Source: Candidatus Edwardsbacteria bacterium
GTDB lineage: Bacteria; Edwardsbacteria; AC1; EtOH8
Length of the DNA: 64,000 bases
Assembly (NCBI GenBank): GCA_025453955.1
Contig: JALOPJ010000001.1
Coordinates: 12,515 to 76,514, forward strand
Direction: 5' to 3'
The position numbers and the translations under genes were made by a program. The notes under the pieces were generated by a model that was not told where the DNA came from, searched no databases, and was given only the letters and a program-made list of their open reading frames with translations. How positions within the stretch are numbered: the stretch's first letter is position 1; the number at the start of each line of letters is the position of its first letter. Of this stretch, positions 8,565 to 17,601 are shown in pieces.

Positions 8565-9639
8565 GGTTCCCCAGTTCGCCGATCTCCCGCAGCAGGGCCG
8601 GGACCAGGTCCCGCTCCCGCACCGTCGCCACGACCTTCCCCTTGCGGATCACCGCGCCGCGGCCCTGACCGCCGCAGATGCCGACGTCGGCCTGCCGCGC
8701 CTCGCCCGGGCCGTTGACCGCGCAGCCCATCACGGCGATCCGCAGCGGCCGCGTCATGCCCCGGACCGCGGCCTCGACCCGGCGCGCGATCCGCTCGACG
8801 TCGATCTGGCAGCGGCCGCAGGTGGGGCAGGCGATCACGGTCGGCCCGAAGACGCGCAGGTCCAGCGACTGCAGGATCAGCCGGGCGGCGGCGATCTCCT
8901 TCACCGGGTCGCCGCACAGCGACACGCGGATGGTGTCCCCGATGCCCTCGGCCAGCAGCGCGCCGATCCCCACGGCCGAGCGCACCGCGCCGGCGAAGGC
9001 CGTCCCCGCCTCGGTGATGCCCAGGTGCAGCGGGTAGCGGCAGGCCCGCGCGGCCAGCCGGTAGGCGGCGATGGTCATCGGCACGTCCGAGCCCTTCAGC
9101 GACAGCACGATGTCCCCGAACCCGGCCCGCTCCAGCAGCCGCACGTGGCGCAGGGCGCTCTCCACCATGCCCGCCGCGGTGGGGTGCCCGTGCTTGCGCA
9201 GGATGTCGCGCTCCAGCGAGCCGGCGTTGACGCCGATGCGAATGGGAACGTTTCGTGCCTTTGCGGCCTTTACCACTTTCCACACATTTTCGGCCGGCCC
9301 GATGTTCCCGGGGTTGATCCGCAGCTTGTCGACGCCGGCGTCCAGCGCCGCCAGCGCCAGCCGGTGGTCGAAATGGATGTCGGCCACCAGCGGCAGGTCG
9401 GTGCGCCGGCGGATCCCGGCCAGCGCTGCTGCTGCGGCGGCGTCGGGCACGGCCAGCCGCACGATCTCGCAGCCGGCCTTGGCCAGGCGGCGGATCTGCG
9501 CCACGGTCGACCGGACGTCCCGGGTGTCGGTGTTGGTCATCGACTGGATGGCGACGGGCCGGCCGCCGCCGAGGGCCACGCCCCCGACCCGCACCATCCT
9601 GGTGCGCCGTCGCTCGATGCTGCCGTCTCGGTTCGTCAT
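8530..9639 (-). CDS. ispG: 4-hydroxy-3-methylbut-2-en-1-yl diphosphate synthase (IspG/GcpE)
   Basis: MTNRDGSIERRRTRMVRVGGVALGGGRPVAIQSMTNTDTRDV aligns with the E. coli IspG N-terminus. The C-terminal 4Fe-4S motif is present (CPTCGRC...GCAVNGPGE). The track ORF starts at a GTG at 9660; the ATG at 9639 is preferred. Confidence 0.9.
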   Translation of the reverse strand: MTNRDGSIERRRTRMVRVGGVALGGGRPVAIQSMTNTDTRDVRSTVAQIRRLAKAGCEIVRLAVPDAAAAAALAGIRRRTDLPLVADIHFDHRLALAALDAGVDKLRINPGNIGPAENVWKVVKAAKARNVPIRIGVNAGSLERDILRKHGHPTAAGMVESALRHVRLLERAGFGDIVLSLKGSDVPMTIAAYRLAARACRYPLHLGITEAGTAFAGAVRSAVGIGALLAEGIGDTIRVSLCGDPVKEIAAARLILQSLDLRVFGPTVIACPTCGRCQIDVERIARRVEAAVRGMTRPLRIAVMGCAVNGPGEARQADVGICGGQGRGAVIRKGKVVATVRERDLVPALLREIGELGNRHSDENRNPAK

Positions 9640-9741
9640 ATCGGTATTATAGAACTTCACCGAACGCTTTGCAATAGAAATATCGCCGGGATAACGGGTT
9701 GGACTATGCCGACAAAAATGGAAAAATCGTGCGGTCGCCCC

Positions 9742-9770
9742 TTGACAAACGACCGATTCGTGACTATAAT
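9742..9770 (+). promoter_or_regulatory. Perfect consensus sigma70 promoter
   Basis: TTGACA (9742-9747) - 17 nt - TATAAT (9765-9770), divergent from ispG. Confidence 0.7.
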
Positions 9771-9776
9771 GGCGAT

Positions 9777-10006
9777 GGAACGGTGGCTAGCTCCAATGTA
9801 CTACTGGTGTGACACTGGTCTACCCGGTAACCCGTGAATCAACCTAACGTTGGAGTGCGGTACCTTCCCCGGTACCCTGGAATCCGGTGACTTGGGACTC
9901 TGGAGACATGGAGCAACGGTATCCGGTACTCTGGACACCCCGGGACCCGGAGCTAGCCACCAGGTTCTTCACTGGGAAACCCCGATGAGCGATCATCGGG
10001 GTTTTT
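9777..10006 (+). ncRNA. Structured small RNA of about 230 nt (6S RNA-like candidate; alternative CsrB/RsmZ-like)
   Basis: Transcript predicted from the consensus promoter to an intrinsic terminator. ggtggctagctcc (9782-9794) is perfectly complementary to ggagctagccacc (9949-9961), closing an irregular helix of about 180 nt with an apical GGUACC hairpin (9858-9880). There are multiple CCGGTA and GGA motifs, and no plausible ORF. Confidence 0.6.
9980..10006 (+). terminator. Rho-independent terminator
   Basis: ccccgatga-gcga-tcatcgggg followed by ttttt. It may act bidirectionally for the convergent minus-strand gene. Confidence 0.7.
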
Positions 10007-10023
10007 CGTCGCCGGCCGCGCCG

Positions 10024-10446
10024 TCATTCCAGCTGCGGGTCCGGCAGGCGGATCCAGCGCAGGCATCCCCGGTAGCGTCGCGGGATGACATATCCCTCGA
10101 TCAAACGCACGTCGACGAATCCGCTGTCGGCGCTGCGGGCGACCGTCGCGATCGCCAGTCGTCCCCGGAACGATTCCCGGAACTGCCTGGCCGTCACCGA
10201 GACCCGGACGGTCATCTCCCCGTCCGCGCCGGTGTCCGCCCGGGCGACCCTGACGCGGTCGGCCGCCAGCAGCCGCAACACTCGTCCGCAGTGCGCGGTG
10301 TCGGTGCCGAGGTCGAGCATCAGGGAGTCAACCCCGGTGTTCGATATGCTGATCCCTGCCGCGCCCGTTGCCGGCGGTTCGGGCACCGGCAGGTCATCGC
10401 AGACCGCGCTGGTTACGAAAGCAGTCGCGGCGAACAGCACCATCAT
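10024..10446 (-). CDS. Hypothetical small secreted protein downstream of the subtilase
   Basis: MMVLFAATAFVTSAVCDDLPVPEPP... has a signal-peptide-like N-terminus (possible lipobox ending in Cys), runs 140 aa, shows a high-GC3 codon pattern, and starts 45 nt after the subtilase stop. I have no homology evidence. Confidence 0.35.
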   Translation of the reverse strand: MMVLFAATAFVTSAVCDDLPVPEPPATGAAGISISNTGVDSLMLDLGTDTAHCGRVLRLLAADRVRVARADTGADGEMTVRVSVTARQFRESFRGRLAIATVARSADSGFVDVRLIEGYVIPRRYRGCLRWIRLPDPQLE

Positions 10447-10490
10447 GCCTGCACATGAAACCGGCGGTCCCGCCCGCGACCGGTCGCCCG

Positions 10491-12236
10491 TCACCGCAGC
10501 AGCACCACCTTCGACGTGGCCGTCGCGCCTGCCGCCGCCAGCCGGCAGAGATAGACGCCGCCGGCCGCCCGGCGCCCCGCCCGGTCGAGGCCGTCCCAGC
10601 GGAGCGCGCCGCCGCCCGCCGGCAGGCGGACGCCGGGCAGCACGCGCACCAGCCGCCCGGCGACGTCGTAGATCGACACCGAGGCCTCGGCGGCGCGGGG
10701 CATCGCGCAGGCCAGTGTCACAGCGGAACGGGACGGGTTCGGCCAGCAGGACAACCGCAGCCCCGGGCTGATCGCGGCGCCGGGATGATTGTGGCCCACG
10801 CCGCTGCCGTCGTAGTGGATGGCGGCCCAGGCGTCGATGATCCCCCAGCCGTAGGTGGTGCTGTCGGGCGCCGCGCTGCGGTCGGCGGTCATCATCAGGG
10901 CCTCGCGCACTTGCAGCGCGGTCCACCCGGGATGGGCCTCCAGCACCAGGGCGCAGGCGCCCGCCACCAGCGGCGTGGCGCAGGAGGTGCCGGTGGCGTA
11001 ATGGGTGTAGTTGCTGGCGCCGGTCCAGCTGGCCCAGTAGATGTTGGTGCCCTGGGCGCAGACCTCGGGCTTGGGCCGCCCGTCGTAGGTCGGGCCGCGG
11101 GAACTGCCGGGATTGATCATCCCGAACGAGTCGACGTTGCCCACCGCAAGGATCGAGTCGGCGTCGGCCGGGGCGGACAGCGACCCGGCCGACGGGCCGC
11201 TGTTGCCCATGGCATTGCAGACGATGATGCCCAGCGCCGCGGCGTGGCGCGCCGCCAGCGACGAGATCGCGGTGCTGCCGTCCATGTCCGCGTAGGAATA
11301 GGACTGCTGGGAGGAGTCGAAGGTGAAATACCCCAGCGAGCTGGAGACGACGTCCGCGCCGACCGAGTCGGCCCGCTGCAGCGCGGCCGCCCAGTGGTCC
11401 TCTTCGACGTTGAGCTCGAAGCGGTTGTCCTCGGTGTGGTAGATCGCCCACAGGGCGCCGTACGCCGGGCCGATCAGCTGTCCCGGCACGTAGCCGCCGG
11501 CCTCTGACCAGGTGCCGGTGCCGTGCGAGGCCCACTCGACGGTGTCGGCGTTGGTGCAGAAATCCCATTCGTCGACCAGCCGCCCCGAGGCGAAGATCGA
11601 GTCGAACGCCTGGTGGTCCCTGCGGAAACCGTTGTCGAACATGGCGACCAGCACGCCGGCGCCGGAGTAGCCGGAGTCGTGGCAGATGACGGCATTGACC
11701 AGGCTGTCCTGGGTGAGCGACGGCCCGTAGTCCAGCAGGTGGGACTTGGGCGCCGGTGACCCGCCCCCGGGCGCGCTGGCCGCTGGCGGCTCGGGCCGGA
11801 TCGTCCGCCGCCGCGCCGGCAGCAGGTCGATCTTCATCACGAACGGGAGGTCCGCGGCGGCGGCGGCCTGCGCCGCGGTCATCTCGAAACTGGCGGCGTT
11901 GAACCAGTTCAGCCGCTGCCGCTGCCGCGCCCCGGTGGCCTCGATCTCCCGGACGTACTGCTCGCAGACCGGCAGGTCCTCGAAGGTCACCGCTGCCCCG
12001 CACTTGGCGCGGCGGGCCAGTGCCCGCTGGCTGAGCTGCAGCCGCCGGGCGTCCAGCGCGGCCCGGTCGGCGATGCCCTTGTCCCGGAAAAAGACCAGCA
12101 CCGGAACCGGCACCGCGGGAACGCTGTGTTCGAGCTGCGCTACCAGCCGCGGCGTGACGGTCGGCGGCACGACCGCGACCGCAGCCATCGTCGGCACGAG
12201 CATCCCGGCGATAGTAATCCAATAAAGCTGTCTCAT
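10491..12236 (-). CDS. Secreted subtilisin-like serine protease (S8) with C-terminal T9SS/FlgD-Ig-like sorting domain
   Basis: Signal peptide MRQLYWITIAGMLVPTMAAVAVV. Catalytic triad context: D in AMFDNGF, H in HGTGT, S in GTSCATP. The C-terminus CWPNPSRSAVTL...VSIYDVAGRLVRVL...WDGLDRAGRRAAGGVYLCRL...SKVVLLR matches the por-secretion CTD pattern. Confidence 0.85.
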   Translation of the reverse strand: MRQLYWITIAGMLVPTMAAVAVVPPTVTPRLVAQLEHSVPAVPVPVLVFFRDKGIADRAALDARRLQLSQRALARRAKCGAAVTFEDLPVCEQYVREIEATGARQRQRLNWFNAASFEMTAAQAAAAADLPFVMKIDLLPARRRTIRPEPPAASAPGGGSPAPKSHLLDYGPSLTQDSLVNAVICHDSGYSGAGVLVAMFDNGFRRDHQAFDSIFASGRLVDEWDFCTNADTVEWASHGTGTWSEAGGYVPGQLIGPAYGALWAIYHTEDNRFELNVEEDHWAAALQRADSVGADVVSSSLGYFTFDSSQQSYSYADMDGSTAISSLAARHAAALGIIVCNAMGNSGPSAGSLSAPADADSILAVGNVDSFGMINPGSSRGPTYDGRPKPEVCAQGTNIYWASWTGASNYTHYATGTSCATPLVAGACALVLEAHPGWTALQVREALMMTADRSAAPDSTTYGWGIIDAWAAIHYDGSGVGHNHPGAAISPGLRLSCWPNPSRSAVTLACAMPRAAEASVSIYDVAGRLVRVLPGVRLPAGGGALRWDGLDRAGRRAAGGVYLCRLAAAGATATSKVVLLR

Positions 12237-12310
12237 GGATCACCTCCTCTACGGCATGAGTGTACCGCCGTCGCACCCGAAAGTCAAGCGGTCATCGCGG
12301 TCGGGGATGC

Positions 12311-12341
12311 GGAAACCCCTTCCCGATGCGGGAAGGGGTTT
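12311..12341 (-). terminator. Terminator-like hairpin after rpsA
   Basis: aaaccccttcccg-atgc-gggaaggggttt, immediately downstream of the rpsA stop on the minus strand. Confidence 0.35.
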
Positions 12342-12356
12342 AGGGTCACTGCGGGA

Positions 12357-14120
12357 TCAGGCCTGCGCGTCCGGCTTGTTCTCCTCCTGCTTCTGCAGGG
12401 CCTCCTTCAGCGCGTCGCCCATGGCGGTGCCGCCGCCGGCCGCGCTCTCCTTGAGGAACGGCTTGACGTCCTGGTTCTCCTGGGCCTTGGTGTGCGCCTT
12501 CTGGGACAGCGCGATCCGCCGGTTGACCTGGTCGATCTCGATGATCAGCAGGTCCAGCGGCTCGCCGCCCTTGAACGCCTCGGCCAGCTTGGCCTCGTCC
12601 ACGCCCTCCAGTTCGGTCACCGGCACGAATCCCTCGAAGCCGTGGTCCATGTCCACCAGCAAGCCCCGTTCCAGCGAACGGTTGACGGCGCAGCGCACGG
12701 TCTGCCCCAGCTTGAAGCGAGAGCCGATCAGCATCCAGGGGTCCTCCTGCAGCTGCTTGGTGCCCAGCGAGATGCGGCGGTTGTCCTTGTCGATGTTGGT
12801 GACCACGCACTTCACCAGGTCGCCCTTCTTGACCACCTCGGAGGGGTGCTTGATGCGCTTGGTCCAGGAGATGTCGGAGATGTGGATCAGGCCGTCGATG
12901 CCCTCCTCGATCTCCACGAAGATCCCGAAGTTGGTGATGTTCCGCACCTTGCCTTCGACCGTGCTGCCCACCGGATACTTGCGGTCAATGGTGAACCAGG
13001 GATCGGGCTCCAGCTGGCGCAGCCCCAGGCTGATCTTCTGCTCGTTCTTGTCGATCTTCAGCACCACCGCGTCCACCAGGTCGCCGATCGACAGGATCTT
13101 GGAGGGGTGCTTGACCTGCTTGGTCCACGACATCTCGGAGATGTGGATCAGGCCCTCGACGCCGCGCTCCAGCTCGATGAAGGCGCCGTAGTCCACGATC
13201 GAGACGATCTTGCCCTTGATGGTGGCGCCCACCGGGAACTTGGTCTCGATGTTCTCCCAGGGGTGCGGCGTCAGCTGCTTCAGGCCCAGCGACACCCGCG
13301 AGCGGTCACGGTCGTACTCCAGGATCTTGACCTTGACCCGCTGGCCGATCTTCACCACCTCGGTGGGATGGTTGATCCGGCCCCAGGAGATGTCGGTGAT
13401 GTGCAGCAGGCCGTCCAGGCCGCCCAGGTCGATGAAGGCGCCGAAGTCGGTGATGTTCTTGACCACGCCCTCGCGGATCTGGCCCTTGTCGATCTCGGCC
13501 AGGATCACGTCGCGCAGCTTGGCGCGCTCGGCGTCCATCACCACCCGCCGCGACACCACGATGTTGCGGCGCTTCTTGTTGATCTTGATCACCTTGAGCG
13601 GGACCATGTTGCCGACCAGCGAGTCCTGGGACTCCAGCGGCCGCAGGCCGATCTGGGAGGCCGGCAGGAAGGCGTCGACGCCCATCAGGTCGATGATCAG
13701 GCCGCCCTTGACGCGGCGCACCACCCGGCCCTCCACCACCTTCTCGCCGTCCAGCGACTCCTTGACCTTGTCCCACACCCGGATGAAGTCGGCGCGCTGC
13801 TTGGACAGCACGATCTGGCCCTCGTCGTCCTCCACCTTCTCCAGGTACAGCTCCAGCTTGTCGCCGGGTTTCACCGCCTCGATGTCGGTGAACTCGTTGG
13901 TCGGCACCACGCCTTCCGACTTGAAGCCGATGTCCACGATCACCGAGTCCCCCGAGATCCGCAGCACCGTGCCCTGCACCACCTCCCCCTCCTCGAACTT
14001 CTTGTGGTGGAGGGACTGGTCCAGCAACTGGCGGAACTCCTCCGCGGCCTGGATCTCCTGCTGATCCGTGATCAGCTCGTCGTTCAGGTCCTCTGAACGC
14101 AGTTTGTTGGGTTTTGCCAT
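12357..14120 (-). CDS. rpsA: 30S ribosomal protein S1
   Basis: 587 aa with six S1 repeats (e.g. GEVVQGTVLRISGDSVIVDIG, GQIREGVVKNITDFGAFIDLGG, GATIKGKIVSIVDYGAFIEL). Confidence 0.95.
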   Translation of the reverse strand: MAKPNKLRSEDLNDELITDQQEIQAAEEFRQLLDQSLHHKKFEEGEVVQGTVLRISGDSVIVDIGFKSEGVVPTNEFTDIEAVKPGDKLELYLEKVEDDEGQIVLSKQRADFIRVWDKVKESLDGEKVVEGRVVRRVKGGLIIDLMGVDAFLPASQIGLRPLESQDSLVGNMVPLKVIKINKKRRNIVVSRRVVMDAERAKLRDVILAEIDKGQIREGVVKNITDFGAFIDLGGLDGLLHITDISWGRINHPTEVVKIGQRVKVKILEYDRDRSRVSLGLKQLTPHPWENIETKFPVGATIKGKIVSIVDYGAFIELERGVEGLIHISEMSWTKQVKHPSKILSIGDLVDAVVLKIDKNEQKISLGLRQLEPDPWFTIDRKYPVGSTVEGKVRNITNFGIFVEIEEGIDGLIHISDISWTKRIKHPSEVVKKGDLVKCVVTNIDKDNRRISLGTKQLQEDPWMLIGSRFKLGQTVRCAVNRSLERGLLVDMDHGFEGFVPVTELEGVDEAKLAEAFKGGEPLDLLIIEIDQVNRRIALSQKAHTKAQENQDVKPFLKESAAGGGTAMGDALKEALQKQEENKPDAQA

Positions 14121-14220
14121 GGTTTGGGTACGCTCCTTTTCCTAGGATCGGCCGACCAATGCCGGCCGTCTAAAACCAAAACAGAATGCGGAAACGGATC
14201 CGTCCATCGCGGGCGTCGGG

Positions 14221-15087
14221 TCACTGCCCGCGCCGTCTTCGGCCTTCTGCCTTCGTTTTCCCGGTCGTGAGTTCCCGGATCCGTCTGACCACCCGCTGCA
14301 CGGTCGCCGCCGGCGTCGAGGCTCCGGCGGTGACCCCCACCTTGCGCACGCCCCGGAACCAGGCGGTCCGCAGCTCGTCCTCGGTCTCCACCGAGCGGGT
14401 CGGCTGGCCCACCCGCTTGCACAGCTCGGCCAGTCGCGCGGTGTTGGCCGAGTCGCGGCCGCCCACCACCACCATCAGGTCGGACCGCTGGGCCAGCTCC
14501 ATGGTCTGGCGCTGGCGGATCTGGGTGGCGTTGCAGATAGTGTTGAAGATGTGGATGTCGGACGCCTGCTTGCCGAACGCCAGCAGCGCCCGCACGAAGT
14601 CGTCCTCGCTGACCGTGGTCTGGGACAGCACGCCGATCCGGTTCTTGATCCGCACCGGCTGGTGGTTGAAGATCACCGAGTCGCGGCCGGCGTAGCCCTT
14701 CAGCGCCACCACCTCGGGGTGGCGGGGCTCGCCCACGATCACCACCTGGCGCCCCTCGCCCCGCAGCGCCGCCGCCGCCCGCTGGGCCTTGGTGACGAAG
14801 GGGCAGGTGGCGTCGACCACCGTCAGGCCCCGCCGCCGCAGCGATTCGATCACGTCAGGGTGCACGCCGTGGGAGCGGATGATCACGGTGCCCCGCCGGA
14901 TGTGACGGGCGTCGGCGATGGCCCGCACCCCGTGCCGTTCCAGCTCCGCCACCACCTGGGGGTTGTGGATGATCGGCCCCAGCGTGTGGACCGGCCCGCC
15001 CGATGTGCGGGCGGTCTCGAAGGCCAGCTGCACCGCGCGCTTGACCCCGAAGCAGAACCCGGCGTTGCGGGCGACCTCGATCTTCAA
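14221..15087 (-). CDS. ispH: 4-hydroxy-3-methylbut-2-enyl diphosphate reductase (IspH/LytB)
   Basis: AGFCFGVKRAV, TLGPIIHNPQVV, DATCPFVTKAQ and ICNATQIRQ are conserved LytB motifs with three Cys ligands. Confidence 0.9.
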   Translation of the reverse strand: MKIEVARNAGFCFGVKRAVQLAFETARTSGGPVHTLGPIIHNPQVVAELERHGVRAIADARHIRRGTVIIRSHGVHPDVIESLRRRGLTVVDATCPFVTKAQRAAAALRGEGRQVVIVGEPRHPEVVALKGYAGRDSVIFNHQPVRIKNRIGVLSQTTVSEDDFVRALLAFGKQASDIHIFNTICNATQIRQRQTMELAQRSDLMVVVGGRDSANTARLAELCKRVGQPTRSVETEDELRTAWFRGVRKVGVTAGASTPAATVQRVVRRIRELTTGKTKAEGRRRRGQ

Positions 15088-15731
15088 CCGCTGTCCTTCC
15101 CGCCGTCCCGCAGCAAGGCAATGCGGTCCATCACCAGCCGGCTGAGGGCTTGGTAGCCGTCGCGGTCGTCGGGGAAGCGTCCGACCTCCCGGGCGGTGAT
15201 CGGCCGCCCGATCCGTCCCACCAGCGGCGTTCTCCGCAACAGCAGCTCAGGCAGCGGGCGTTGCGTCCCGTCGATGTACATCGGCAGCACCGGCACGCCC
15301 AGCTTGATCGCCATCAGGCCGATGCCCGGCTTGGGATCGAGGAAATGCCCGGCCCGGCTGCGGGTTCCCTCGGGGAACACCATCACCGGGATGCCGCGGT
15401 CCAGCGTGCGTCGGACGTGCCGCAGCGCCGCGGTGTCCCAGCCACCCCGCCGGATCGGCACGGCGTTGTGCGCGGTGATCAGCGCCCGCAGCCAGGGGTT
15501 GGCGAACAGCTCCTTCTTGGCCAGGAATCCGCATTCCCGGTTCAGGCAGGCGCCGGCGTAGGGCGGGTCGAGCAGGGCGACGTGGTTGGCCGCCACCAGG
15601 AACGCGCCGTCCCGCGGCACATGGCTGCGGCCGCCGACCCGCCAGTCGAACAGCGCCGGGATCAGGGCATTGAGGGTGTACCACGACAGGCGGAAGGCCC
15701 GCGACCGGAACGCCCGGCTCTCCCAGATCAC
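15084..15731 (-). CDS. plsC: 1-acyl-sn-glycerol-3-phosphate acyltransferase
   Basis: The HxxxxD motif (VAANHVALLDP) and the FPEGTRS motif are typical of PlsC. Confidence 0.8.
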   Translation of the reverse strand: MIWESRAFRSRAFRLSWYTLNALIPALFDWRVGGRSHVPRDGAFLVAANHVALLDPPYAGACLNRECGFLAKKELFANPWLRALITAHNAVPIRRGGWDTAALRHVRRTLDRGIPVMVFPEGTRSRAGHFLDPKPGIGLMAIKLGVPVLPMYIDGTQRPLPELLLRRTPLVGRIGRPITAREVGRFPDDRDGYQALSRLVMDRIALLRDGGKDSG

Positions 15732-16411
15732 GACGACCGTTCCTTGGCCGCCGCCGCCAGGGCCGCCACCCGCTCGACCTGCTGGGCGATGGACATCCCG
15801 GTGGTGTCGATCACCACCGCGCCGGGCGCGCGGGCCAGCGGGCTGTCGTGCCGCCCGCTGTCCTGCCGGTCGCGGGCGGCGATCTGCGACTCCAGCTCGT
15901 CGGCCCGGGCCGCGATGCCGCGGGCGGAGAGCTCCGACCCGCGACGCCGGGCGCGCTCGGCCAGGGACGCTTCCATGTACACCTTGACCTCGGCGTCCGG
16001 GAACACCACGGTCCCGATGTCGCGGCCCTCCATCACCACCCCGCCCGAGCGGCCCATGGCCTGCTGCAGCGCCACCAGACGGCGGCGCACCGCCGAGATG
16101 GTGGAGATGTCGGAGGCGGCCTGCGAGATCTCGGGGCTGCGGATGGCGGCGCTGACGTCCTCGCCGTCCAGGAACGTCGCCACCCCGCCGGGGACCTGCT
16201 GCTGCCGGACCTCGGTGCGCTCGGCCATGGCCGCGACGGCCGCCAGGTCGGCCAGCGGGATGCCGAGGCGGCGCGCCTTCAGCCCCATCGCCCGGTACAT
16301 GGCGCCGGTGTCGATGTACAGGTACCCCAGCCGTTCGGCCACCAGCCGGGCCGTGGTGCTCTTGCCCGACGCGGCCGGTCCGTCGATGGCGATCACCAGC
16401 TGGCGGGGCAT
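15728..16411 (-). CDS. cmk: Cytidylate kinase
   Basis: IAIDGPAASGKST P-loop, the YIDTGAMYR motif, and the conserved cmk-rpsA neighbourhood. Confidence 0.9.
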   Translation of the reverse strand: MPRQLVIAIDGPAASGKSTTARLVAERLGYLYIDTGAMYRAMGLKARRLGIPLADLAAVAAMAERTEVRQQQVPGGVATFLDGEDVSAAIRSPEISQAASDISTISAVRRRLVALQQAMGRSGGVVMEGRDIGTVVFPDAEVKVYMEASLAERARRRGSELSARGIAARADELESQIAARDRQDSGRHDSPLARAPGAVVIDTTGMSIAQQVERVAALAAAAKERSS

Positions 16412-16430
16412 GCTCGTACCCGGATCCGGT

Positions 16431-17534
16431 CTACCGCGACCGGCCGGCCAGCGCCTTCTTCAGGGCGGCGACCAGCCGCCGGTTCTGGGGCGGCGTGCCC
16501 ACCGTCACCCGCAGCTGCGTCGGCATCCCGTAGTTCTTCACCGGGCGGACGATGACGCCCAGCTGCTGCATGGCCAGGAACACCGGCTGCGAGTCGCGCC
16601 CGGTGTCGATCAGGATGAAATTGCCCTGGGACGGCACGGCGGGGACGCCCAGGGCCTGGAACCGGGCGTACAAGTATTTCTTCCCCGCGGCGTTGACGCG
16701 GCGGCTCCGCGCCACGTGCCGCCGGTCGCCGATGGCCGCCCGGCAGGCCAGCTGCGACAGCAGGCCGACGTTGAACGGCAGCCGCACCTTGCGGATCGCC
16801 GCGATCAGGTCGGGATGCCCGATGCCGTAGCCCACCCGCAGCCCGGCCAGGCCGTAGATCTTGGAGAACGTGCGCAGCACGATCAGGTTGGGGTGCTCGG
16901 CCAGCAGCCCGATGCTGTCCGGGAACGCGGGGTCATCGACGTACTCGTAATAGGCCTCGTCGAACACCACCAGGCAGGACCGGGGGACCTTCCTCAGGAA
17001 GGCGCTGGCCTGGCGCTGGCCGAACGCGGTGCCGGTCGGGTTGTTCGGGTTGACGACGAAGACGACCTTGGTCCGCGCGTCCACCGCCCGGGCCATCGCA
17101 TCCAAGTCGTGGGTGTGGTCCCTGAGGGGGACGACGGTGGCCCGGGCGCCGGCCACCTTGGCCGCGATGGCGTACATGATGAAGGACTGGTCGGCCAGGA
17201 CCACGTGGTCGCCGGGGGACACGTAGGACTTCATCACGAAGTCGATCACCTCCACCGCCCCGTTGCCGAAGATCAGCTGGTCCTCGGCCACGCCGAGGTG
17301 CCCGGCCAGGCGCCGGCCCAGGTAGTAGCAGCTGTCGTCGGGATACAGGTGGACGCCCGTCAGCCCCTGGCGCAGGGCGGCCAGCGCCAGCGGCGACGGG
17401 CCCAGCGGGTTCTCGTTGGAGGCCAGCTTGAGGATCTCGCCCTTCAGCCCGAGCTCGCGCCGCACCTCTTCGATCGGCTTGCCCGGGACGTAGGGGCTGA
17501 TCTCCTGGACGTTCTGCTTCGGCTGGGGGATCAT
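16431..17534 (-). CDS. hisC: Histidinol-phosphate aminotransferase
   Basis: LASNENPLGPSP, class II aminotransferase fold, PLP lysine in TFSKIYGLAGLRVGY. Confidence 0.9.
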   Translation of the reverse strand: MIPQPKQNVQEISPYVPGKPIEEVRRELGLKGEILKLASNENPLGPSPLALAALRQGLTGVHLYPDDSCYYLGRRLAGHLGVAEDQLIFGNGAVEVIDFVMKSYVSPGDHVVLADQSFIMYAIAAKVAGARATVVPLRDHTHDLDAMARAVDARTKVVFVVNPNNPTGTAFGQRQASAFLRKVPRSCLVVFDEAYYEYVDDPAFPDSIGLLAEHPNLIVLRTFSKIYGLAGLRVGYGIGHPDLIAAIRKVRLPFNVGLLSQLACRAAIGDRRHVARSRRVNAAGKKYLYARFQALGVPAVPSQGNFILIDTGRDSQPVFLAMQQLGVIVRPVKNYGMPTQLRVTVGTPPQNRRLVAALKKALAGRSR

Positions 17535-17568
17535 GTCGGCATCTCGCGTTGACGGCAGATAACCGTGT

Positions 17569-17598
17569 ATTATATCACAAAAGACCGTGCGAAATCAA
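17569..17598 (-). promoter_or_regulatory. Candidate extended -10 sigma70 promoter for hisC-cmk-plsC-ispH
   Basis: Minus strand: TTGATT - 18 nt - TGaTATAAT (plus attata at 17569-17574), 35 nt upstream of the hisC ATG. Confidence 0.35.
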
Positions 17599-17601
17599 TC
17601 A

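Noticed and set aside
9850-10458. 202-aa plus-strand ORF
   Set aside because: It starts inside the structured sRNA, reads through an intrinsic terminator (9980-10006), and runs antisense into the convergent small-protein gene.
10024-12276. 750-aa minus-strand ORF overlapping the subtilase in another frame
   Set aside because: It is an out-of-frame overlap with the S8 protease, which has clear catalytic motifs. Only its last 140 codons (10024..10446), which lie beyond the protease stop, are retained as a possible small protein.
12126-14096. 656-aa plus-strand ORF, and similar long plus-strand ORFs at 15150..17552, 53775..57725, 57598..59889, 37597..38070 and others
   Set aside because: Each is antisense to a well-supported minus-strand gene (rpsA, hisC/cmk, the sensor kinase). 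The translations are low-complexity R/G/A/P-rich, as expected for stop-poor alternative frames in 70% GC DNA.
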